The notes under the pieces are model-generated. The model did no database searches. It was not told where the DNA came from and saw only the letters and a program-made list of their open reading frames with translations. Positions 12,225 to 21,900 of a stretch of DNA of 64,000 nt are shown piece by piece; position 1 is the first letter of the stretch, and every line of letters begins with the position of its first letter. Location: the NCBI RefSeq assembly GCF_048593235.1, contig NC_133618.1, positions 471,579,294 through 471,643,293 of the forward strand. The letters run 5' to 3'. The stretch is from Sminthopsis crassicaudata (lineage: Eukaryota). The position numbers and the translations under genes were made by a program.

Positions 12225-12311
12225 GGTGGCTATCTTTGGTGCTAACAGAATGTTCAGAGACTCTTCTGACTGCTGCAGCCTATTTCAAAAACATTCAACA
12301 TTTGTTTTATA
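12225..12311 (-). promoter_or_regulatory. TATA box and GCCACC Kozak context (orphan copy)
   Basis: Minus-strand TATAAA at 12311-12306, ~82 nt upstream of ATG 12224; GCCACC immediately before ATG. Confidence 0.55.
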
Positions 12312-14313
12312 CAAGTGTCTTACCTTACCTGGACAATATATCAAAAACTCTTTCCTTCTTCCCACTCCTCTCCAATATCTTTGGATAATTAAGTCAGTGA
12401 TAAGGAGACTAATGTTTTATTCACTTGTAGGTCAAAGAAGTTGAGAGTAAATTTAGAGTGAACACTAGATATGATGGATATTGAGGATATGTTTGTAGTT
12501 GTTGCCTATAAATGTGTGGTCACTTTTCCTCTCTTTCCCCACTCTTTTTTCCTCTTTAGGCTTAGTATGTCTGCTATATTCGTAGACATTTACTCATAAT
12601 TTTACAGACCTTTCTGCATACTATAGTCTCTTATTAGTAAACTTTTTTCATTGAGTAATATAACGGATGAAAACTAAAAGCTTAGAACCCTGTGAAATTC
12701 TTTCCCAAATACATGCCTGATTTTTTTCTGCTCTGCATTTTGACTCATGTCCCCATACATGAGCCTCACTGGAAAGAGAAGATCCCAAACTTTCCTTAAC
12801 TCACCTGTAGAAGAAGATGCAGTCACAATGGAAAAGAGAGAATGGTTTTTCAGCAATGTTGAGAAGTCTGCTTTTCTCTCTGCACAAAACTGTGAGTTTA
12901 GCTCCTTGTGTTTTCCTGATCCAGTATTTATATGTGATTTTTCTTCCCTAACCTGCCTGAAGGCTGTGTATCCTATCTTAAGATCTCGCTTGCTCTTGGT
13001 TTAATACTTGAGGCATTAGGAAGAAGTTGGGGAGAAAAATCAAACTTGCTTATCTTTGCCAAGCCTCAAGACATTTTAGATAAAATTACTGATTTGATTA
13101 TTGAGGGCAATTATGAAAATTTATAGGTAAATGGCCTAGGAAATCCAAAGAGAACCGGAGGTATAAACTCCTCTTGGAATCCAGGTCATGGAGGTAACTT
13201 TAAAAGTGCTTCTGTCCCAGAAGTTTGCATGCTTAGCTATGGACCCCCTAAGCAGTGACTGCCATGATTTCCCTCTTCTCCATTGATTCATTTCAGTGCA
13301 TGACTGAGAATTATACCCCTTTCTTTTGTGACAGACCAAGTGTAGTGGCTTTTATCTTAGGGATATTAGAAGGCCAGGAATGGAAACAAAGATCTTCTGA
13401 TTTCAGAAGGATCCCCATCCAGGGCAGGTAACCGTCATTTGGAGGTTCTTAGCCACTTTGAGTAATCCCTTTCATAAGAAAGATGCAATGGTATCCACAT
13501 ATGAAACTTGGTCTGTAGTAATTTCATTTCTTTCTTTGCTTTGCTATCACTGTTGTGAGAATGAGAAGCTGATGGAAATGCTAAGTATCTAAGTACATGA
13601 ATGGTCTTTAAGGCCAGTTGGTCAGAGTTGAAAATGGCCCCTGTAGGGCTTGTGTGAGTTTCTTTTTAGGCAGTTGTCCACAGGGAACAGAATTACAGAA
13701 TGGGGTTTCCCAACCATCCAGGTAGAGGGGCTTTGACATGTGGCATATATAATGCAGCGTCCCATTCAGTGAGGTGAAGGAAATTTGGTTCCTGCTAAAC
13801 ATTGCAAAATGAGGGTCCCCAGCAAGTTGAAGAGTATCCTCACCATGTGGGAGATAACCTGTGCTTCCTTCTATAAATGCCCATTACAGACTACCTCCTT
13901 TGAACAGTTTCCTGATATTGTTTGATTCCCTCTGCTTTCCCAGCAATAAAGGCACTTCTTTTGAGAAATGAGTCCAGGCTCCTGGTAATATTTATAGAAC
14001 AAACACACTTGGCATCTCTTTGCAAGGGCTGTGAAATGCTCTTTTGCATTTGAAAACTCTTGTTGCACCAGTTATAATGGGAGAGGTTGAAAATATCAAT
14101 CCAGTGTCAGTCAAGATATAGGAATATCCAGTTGTAATGATTATGGGATTGTATTAACTTTCTGTGAGTAAGGCAGTGATGCCTGCTGAAACAGCTCAAT
14201 CATTATCACCCTAAGCCATGATCTCCCACCTCCCAGAAGTTGCTTGTATTATAAATTTGCAGCAACATAGGAGGGGAGAAGGATGCTTGCAGAGAGTTTT
14301 GCATCTAGTTTCT

Positions 14314-15321
14314 TCTTTTTTAAAAAAATTAATTTAATTTATTTATTTTTGACAGTACATATGCATGGGTAATTTTTTTTTTTTACAACATTAACCCTTG
14401 TATTTACTTTTCCAAATTTTCCCATCCCTTCCTCTACTCCCTCCCCTAGATGACAGGCAATCCCATACATGTTAAATATGTTACAGTATGTCCTAGATAC
14501 AATATATGTGTGTAAAAATAAATTTCTTGTTGCACGATAAGAATTGGATTCCAAAGGTATAAGTAACCTGGGTAGAAAGACAATAGTGCAAACAGTTTAC
14601 ACTCAATTCCCAGTGTTCCTTCTCTGGGTGTAGCTGTTTCTGTCCATCATTGATCAACTGGAACTGAATTAGATCTTCTCTATGTTGAAGATACCCACTT
14701 CCCTTAGAATATATCTTCATACAATATCCTTGTTGAAGTGTATAGTGATCTCCTGGTTCTGCTCATTTTACACAGCATCAATGTAAGTCTCTGCAGGCCT
14801 CTCTGTATTCCTCCTGCTGGTCATTTCTTACAGAACAATAATATTCCATAACGTTCATATACCATAATTTACCCAACCATTCTCCAATTGATGGGCATCC
14901 ATTCATTTTCCAGTTACTATCCACTACAAAAAGGCTGCCACAAACATTTTGGCACACACAGGTCCCTTTCCCTTCTTTAGTATTTCTTTAGTATATAAGC
15001 CCAGTAGTAGCACTGCTGGATCAAAGGGTATGCACAGTTTGATAACTTTTTGGGCAGAGTTCCAAATTGCTCTCCACAATGGCCGGATTCTTTCACAACT
15101 CCACCAACAATGCATTAGTGTCCCAGTTTTCCCACATCCCCTCAACATTCATCATTATTTGTTCCTGTCATCTTAGCCAATCTGACAGGTGTGTAGTGGT
15201 ATCTCAGAGTTGTCTTAATTCGCATTTCTCTTGATTAGTAGTGATTTGGAACACTTTTCATATGAGTGGAAATAGTTGCAATTTTATCATCTGAAAATTG
15301 TCTGTTCATATCCTTTGACCA
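14314..15321 (-). mobile_element. 5'-truncated LINE-1 (ORF2 C-terminus, 3'UTR, A-tail)
   Basis: RGCGKTGTLMHCWW...PFDPAVLLLGLY is the L1 ORF2 C-terminal region; 14 bp TSD tgcatctagtttct at 14300-14313 and 15322-15335; TT/AGAA target site. Confidence 0.95.
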
Positions 15322-15569
15322 TGCATCTAGTTTCTAAGAAACCTTACCTGAAAATGTCAGACTGCTTTTGGACAAAGTTCTGCCGGACAAGTTCACTTTC
15401 TGTATTCCAACCCTGCAAGAAAGTAGCAAGACTCTCAAAGTCCCCACTCCCCTCTGCCTACAGGAATTCATACCCTAGAGAAATGGTTCTGGTTACTTAC
15501 AATGAGCCCTTTTCCTTTCACCTGGGATATTTTTACAGCTCCTCAGAAAGAGTTCTTGTGGACACAGTG

Positions 15570-15670
15570 GAGAGAGCAGTGGTCAGGGAGATCTGAGTTT
15601 TCATCTGGCCTCAGAAACACACTGTGTCTCTGATCTTGGGCAAGTCACTTAATGATTGCCTCAGTTTGTG
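15570..15670 (+). mobile_element. MIR/CORE-SINE fragment (in each unit)
   Basis: CORE motif tcttgggcaagtcacttaa...gcctcagttt. Confidence 0.6.
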
Positions 15671-15881
15671 AGAGAAGAGTATTTAGTTTACTGTGCACTC
15701 TAGATTGTGGAAACCAAAATTCAAGGTTTCCAGATAAGGTCATGGAGAAATCACAGGGACAAAATTCCTACAAAAACTTTTAAGAGATGAATGTTGGCAA
15801 TCTTTCAGTAATAAAATTATGAAGACAGAACCAGTAACAATTCTGCTGAGGAAGGAGACCTATCTTTAAAAGTCCAATGTA

Positions 15882-16040
15882 GGAGCAGCTACATAATATA
15901 ATGGATAGAGTGCTGGCCCTGTCCTTAGGAGGACCTGCTTTCAAATTCAGCCTCAGATTCTTAATATTTTCTAGCTGTGTGACCCTGGGCAAGTCACTTA
16001 ACACCACTTGCCTCAGGGAAAAAAAAAACAAACCAAAAAA
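15882..16040 (+). mobile_element. WSINE1-type SINE (in each full unit)
   Basis: ggagcagct...ggatagagtgct...ctagctgtgtgaccctgggcaagtcacttaac followed by an A-tail. Confidence 0.85.
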
Positions 16041-16275
16041 AAGTGTGAATGTGAAGGAACTCTACAGGCAATTTATATTTTTGAAAATTAATGCATAAAA
16101 TATTGAAGAAAAGAGATAAATGAAGAGAAATACAAGTGAATACTGGTCTGTGAGATGTGTTTTGGGAACACTCAGAATATTAAGGACAATAAAAATGGTT
16201 GAATAAGGTGTGGTCTCACAGCTTCATGGGGATTCCCTTAATAATAATGGATAGAAAGCAGAATTACTAAGCTCT

Positions 16276-16314
<39 letters not shown>

Positions 16315-16946
16315 GAGAAGAAAAAGATGTATGAGTGGACAGAACAGAAGGCCTCAAGATTCTGGTCTATGCTTGAGAATCAGTCAAAAACTGGGTTCAT
16401 TCTCAAATGACACAGAAGGGGCAGACTCTCAAGGTACAAGAGCTGGGCATACACTGGCATGGGATGAGAATGGAGAAGCCTTCCCATGCCTATGGATTGT
16501 TGTTAGCAACACGTAAGTAGCATGGGCCCTGAGAAGTGCTGTGGGCCATTGCTTTGGGTCTCCTATGTAGACTGTTGTGGTGGGGGAGATGCTCTGAATT
16601 GTGCACCCTGGGCTTTAGTTCATTAACATATCCATATCACCTCAACAACAACTTTGGGTGTCTGGAGCTCATGGGAGGCTCAGAAACCATCCACAATTCT
16701 CAGGCTCCAAAGCTTAGACTCAGTCTAACTGTCTTCTCTGGGTTTAGTTCATGTCTCAGGGGCTGTTTTTAGACAATTATGAGACAGTTAGTTAGTATAT
16801 TTTATCATGTTCTTTTGATATATGGGGCAGCCTATCATGACTTCCAGGTTCCCCTTTGCAATCTTACTTCCTGCTTTTGTGTACTGCCCCCTTATAAATT
16901 AATTATTCTAACTAGAAGTGTGAGGAGAATGTTCAAAGGGACTGAA

Positions 16947-17261
16947 ACAAAATACAATTTTTTTTTTTTATGGCTGGATGGCAGTTTATTAAAAAGAGAT
17001 CTTGCACTTGGAGTTGTTCAACATTCATCATTCATGTGAAATCACAGACAATCAGCTTATTAAATCTTGTTAGAAGATGAGCCTTGAACTCAGGAAGACA
17101 CATGTTACCTGTTTAACTCTGGGCAAGTGACTAAAACTCTCAGTAGCTCTAAATTTCTTTTTTTTTTTTTTTATTAATAGTTTTTATTTACCAGATATAT
17201 GCATGGGTAATTTTACAACATTGACAAATGCCAAACCTTTTGGTCTACAAAATACAATTTT
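16947..17261 (-). mobile_element. L1-mediated 3' transduction (also 28999-29314, 41269-41586, 53323-53639)
   Basis: Minus strand order: ~70 bp L1 3' end, poly-A, ~188 bp non-L1 DNA, AATAAA, second poly-A; 15 bp TSD acaaaatacaatttt; TT/AAAA target site. Confidence 0.8.
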
Positions 17262-18516
17262 AATGTAGCTGTGATCTAACTGGAATCCTTTTTAATGCTG
17301 GGGCAGGAGTTTTGCCATTTCTTTCTTAACCTTATCATATATTGGATGCATTATCTTTCTTTTTTTCCTGGACTTGAGAATTCAGGAAAGTGTGAAGCAC
17401 CTGGTGAGGAACTCCCTCTACTAATTGAGTGATATCTCAGTCACTTAGGTAGAGAGAGTAGTCTGAGGCAGGTGACTTGCCCTGTGGGCCTAGAAGTCCA
17501 CACAAACACATTTGCCAGGAGGAAGCCTTGATTCAAAGTTGCCCAGAGGAAACTTCTGTCAGTTGCAACATGCTGCTTCCTATAGGACAATGGCTGTTAA
17601 TCATGATATTTCCCAAGAGCACTAATTGTGGTAAAACTGATAGGAGGAAACATTCCAACTTAATTTTATGTAGGATGCTCATTATTTTAGTCAGTTTTTA
17701 GTGTGGATCCAGTTGGAGTGGTATTTCAAGAGAAATGTAAGATCTTTATAGCTCAAGAGTACATGCCTACCTCTCTAAATTGGACTTTTCTCATTTAGCT
17801 ATTTAGTACAGAGGCAGAGATGACATTTGTTTATAAACCTAGTGGAAACTTACTGAAATGACATCAGAGTTGTAGCACTACTTTTCTTTTTAAACCAATT
17901 AAAGCTTTTCTTTTTAAACCAATTATCTGTCTGTCACCAAGCACATACTAGATGCTAAATAAATATCAAATGATCTGTGTGGACTCATGATTATTATAAG
18001 AAAGGATTAAAAATATTATGCAGACTTTACTATTACTTAATTTGCTATAGTGATGAGAGAAACAGATTCTTGTAATGTGGTAAATGTCATTTGTGTGAGA
18101 GAGACTGAGGTGCAAATCAGTGGCAAAAGAAATATTGTCTTCTTGGAGGAGACTAGGAAGCAGGGACCTGAAAGAAAGTGGCTGGTTGACATATAGAGGA
18201 TAGCTGGTACTTGCATGTGGGTAATACCCAATTATGGAATACGAATCTTCCTTTCTTCAAACAAAGTTGTATTGGAGTACTGTTAATCAGTTCAGATCCC
18301 AGTAATGCTAATCTTCTGGCTTCCATTTAGTAACACTGAGAATGTTGTGGTCATCTCTTGGCTAAGATACTCTAATAAACAATGAAGCTCAGTATATCTA
18401 TACTGCTTTCTCATTCAGAAAAATTTTCAGGATTTTCATATGCTGGATATCAAGCCTTCTAGCTGGAACTCAGGGAAAAAAGAAAACCCCCATTGCTGTT
18501 AAAATAATATGTTGTA

Positions 18517-18682
18517 GGGACAGCTGAGTCGTATAGTAGTTGATGCACTGGCTCTGGAGTGAAAAGGACCTGAGTTCAAATGTAGCCTTAGACACTTAAT
18601 ACTTCCTAGTTGTGTGACCCTGGGCTACTCACTTAACCCCAATCACCTCACCCCAAAAATAGAACAAAAAAATAAAAAATAA
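18517..18682 (+). mobile_element. WSINE1-type SINE abutting the 3' end of the cathepsin gene (each full unit)
   Basis: tRNA-like head, gagttcaaat B-box, CORE, A-rich tail. Confidence 0.85.
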
Positions 18683-18691
18683 AATATTTGC

Positions 18692-18697
18692 TTTATT
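18692..18697 (-). terminator. AATAAA polyadenylation signal, copy A (also 30745-30750, 43017-43022, 55070-55075)
   Basis: tttatt on + strand ~200 nt beyond the stop codon, followed on the minus strand by a U-rich tract. Confidence 0.6.
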
Positions 18698-18900
18698 ACA
18701 CAGAATGCTAGCATAGCTCATATCTGGATCCACATTGGTAGCAAACCAAGAAGAAGCAGGTGTGAAAGTCTTTTGTTAGGCTGACAAAACTTGGTCTCAG
18801 ATCTTGGAGTCTTATCTCACTGCTGCTGACTGCTAACAGAAGAGGATTTCTTCTTCTATGGGCCCAGAACACAGATCCAGGGAACGATCTCTCCATCCGC

Positions 18901-21900
18901 TTACAGAAGAGGATAGACGGAATCAGAAGCAATACCACAGTGGTTGTTCCCGGTCCTTGCAATACGCATGTAGCCATTTTCACCCCAGGCCTCACCAAAG
19001 CTGAAAGCAAAGAGAACTGAATTATTACCTGGGCAGCTATTAAGAGAATCCACCTTGCAAATGAAAGTGTATGTTTTGTACTTTGTCTTCATTTCTGAGA
19101 GTATAATGACAGTGAGCCTAAGGCATCCACAGAAAAAACAGGATTTGGATATCCTGAGCCACATGGCTATTGGAATATTGGCTCAATCCCCAAATGCAAC
19201 TGAGGTAGGTGAAAGAGGAATTTGTTGTCAAGGCTCAGAAGGAATCAATGCCAGATTGTGAAACACAGCAAGTGGTAAAAAGCCGGCTCTGTTAAAGAGC
19301 TAAGACACTCTGCTTTTCATGGACCAAGTGGAGAAAACAAATCCCAGTGGATGTCCAGGTTCTTAAATCTAGGTAAACTCCACTGAATACAAGAGTCCTC
19401 AAAGCTCTTCCCTCCTTCACAAGGCAGTTCTACAGCTTTGTCATGTTCCTCCTTCCATACCTATTTTTAATAATCCAATATTTCCTGCCTCCAAATTGGC
19501 CTTGGCCATTTAACTTATCTAAAATACAATAGTTTTCTTCTGATTGAATAAACTTATTAATGGATTCTTCTTCTCCATATCCAACCAACACGACAGCATG
19601 GTTCAAATAATTCGGGTCACAACGTGGTTCAGTGAAGAGTCCTAGAGAAGGAAAGAAAAGAGCACTTTGGGTGAGTTTGGTGGCTTATTGGAAAGGGGAC
19701 AGGGCTTGTGTTAGGAGGTCCTAAGTGCAAAGAGATCCTTCCTAGCTGTGAGATGTTGGTCAAGTCACTTGTTTCTGTTTGCCTAAGTTCCCTCTTTTTA
19801 ATATGGGAATGATACTAGTATTCATCTTCCTGAGATTTTGGAAGAATGAAATGGAAGATAATTCTTATAGAGAGCACTTAGCATAGCCCCTGAGATCCAT
19901 TCAACCTTGTATTATTTATTTAGCTCAATCTTCCACAGTTGAGCCTTTTCTTTTTGGACACCATATCTGACTGACACCAAGTCTGTCTGATGGCTCACCT
20001 CCTCGATAGAAACGGAAGGAGTATGTGGCATGCATCGCCACGGACAATGGCCCCACGGTTGCCACAGCTTCCATCAGGGCTTTTTCATCTCCAGGGGGGA
20101 GCTTTTTATAACCTCTCATTGTAAGATGTGGACATCTAGATGTGGAGTAGCACCACTCATTTTTCTGAAAGAGATAATCACATGGAGGAAGTCAGCAAAG
20201 GTTGGGGATGAACAGATGAACATCATTTCCAGGAATCTGAGGAAAGCTCAAGTATCTAATGACATTTTTACAGAGAGATGGACCCAGCTGGGCTTTCTTT
20301 CTTTCTTTTTTTTTTTTTTAATTTTTATTTTATTTTATAATTATAACATTTTTTTGACAGTACATATGCATGGGTAATTTTTTACAACATTATCCCTTAC
20401 ACTTACTTCTATTCAGATTTTTTCCCTTCCTTCCCCAACCCCCTCCCCCAGATGGCAAGCAGTCTTATATATGTTAAATATATTACAGTATATGGGCTTG
20501 CTTTCTTAACCAGCAGGTTTGTGTCTCGATAGGGGGCCCTGGAAGATGTGGCATCCAACCCTTGGTGTGCAAAGGGTAAAAGCGTAAAGGTTGCCATTCT
20601 TTCAGAGTGGTGAGGACTTCCACCACATGCTGAGCCCTCCCATAATACAGAGGAGGAGAAGAGATCTCAAACCCCACTTTTATTCACACTAGAAGCTTGC
20701 CAAGTCAGCAGACAGCATGGAAGCCTAAGGGTTTCTGGCTGTTGTACCCTTGGGGAAAAGGCATTTTAAGGCAATCCATATATTAGAGGGACTTCCAAAT
20801 GCCTGGTTTGTTCACTGCAAACTTGCATGCATTTTATGAAAAAGAAAGGCATAGTCACTGTCTTAGTCAAATTTTCTGCTGGTTTCTCTGATGGTTGTTG
20901 CCATTGTTGCCGTTAGGTGCTACATGAACATGCTTAAATTATAGAAAATGTCCCTTCCTTCAGTGCAGCTCCCTTGCTCATTGGGACATCAGCTCTCCGA
21001 GGTCATGGTCCTCTTGGACATGGAAGGACAAACAAGCTCATCCCTTCCACAAACCTTTTCTTGGTTTCAGGAGCAAGTGGTTTCCCTTGGCCTTATGCCC
21101 AAGGAGCCAGCTGGATTTGCCTTTACCCAGCCTTGACCAGAGGGGCCAGCCCCGTGTCCAGGACAGAAGGTTTCCTCATGTACCTGGTTCTGGTATGGGT
21201 AGCAGAACTCAGTGGTAAGGCCTCCCTGTTCTATGAGGTAATCGTAGGCCGCGGTGACGAATCCCCCAACACAGCTACTTCCTGCTGTACAGTCTACTAG
21301 CTGCTGTTTGCTCAGTTGCACATTTTTGCCTGTTGTGCGGAAGAGCTGGCCTTCCAGAGCTCCAGCTGCTGAGAAGGCCCAGCAGGAGCCACAGGTACCC
21401 TGAAAGAAGAGATAGCATTCACTGAGCCTTGTGCTTAAGCTCCTGAGGGGCTCAGTGAGTGCAAGCCTCTGACCATGACAGGAGAGGTCTCCATTGGTTG
21501 CTAGACAAAAGAATCAGGGAGAAGCACTTAACATTCTGGTAAGAGTTCTGGTTTTCTGTCCCCTGAGAAGGACTTTGGGACTTCTGCTCCATGGCTCATC
21601 ACTTAGTGGGAAGGAGACATGGCCAGGATCGGGGCCCGTGCCAAGTCCCTTGAAGTCTCCCTATTTTCTGGCCCAGTTTCTTGCAGGTTTAAAGGTGGCA
21701 GCTCTGAATGGAAATATGCTCAATAAAGCAGAGTTCAAGAAGAAACCCTGGAAGGGGGGAAATACCTGTTGTACCACGGGTGTTAAAAAGCCACGCTTCC
21801 TCCAGTCTACTGATCTGGGAATGTCACCTAAAGGTGAGTTACAGTGGGTTTTGCCATTTTTTCCTGTCCTCGGTGTCATGGGCCGGCTCATCATGAGGTT

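Noticed and set aside
13100-14100. Possible decayed ERV integrase (CQVC, GPF-like motifs)
   Set aside because: Motifs are too weak and out of order; needs a Dfam or TBLASTN search.
16270-16312. Poly-T and CT-run length differences between units
   Set aside because: Homopolymer lengths are error-prone in sequencing and were not used as primary evidence of unit history.
8562-18682. tRNA genes
   Set aside because: The A/B-box-like heads belong to SINEs with CORE and A-tails; no cloverleaf. No rRNA or CRISPR-like arrays were seen.
19517-19551. GT...AG inside the exon 6 insertion as a mini-intron
   Set aside because: Only ~35 nt, too short for a vertebrate intron, and removal would shift the frame.
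21370-21399. Testin-like catalytically dead cathepsin
   Set aside because: The codon is TGC in CGSCWAF; Gln, His and Asn are also present.
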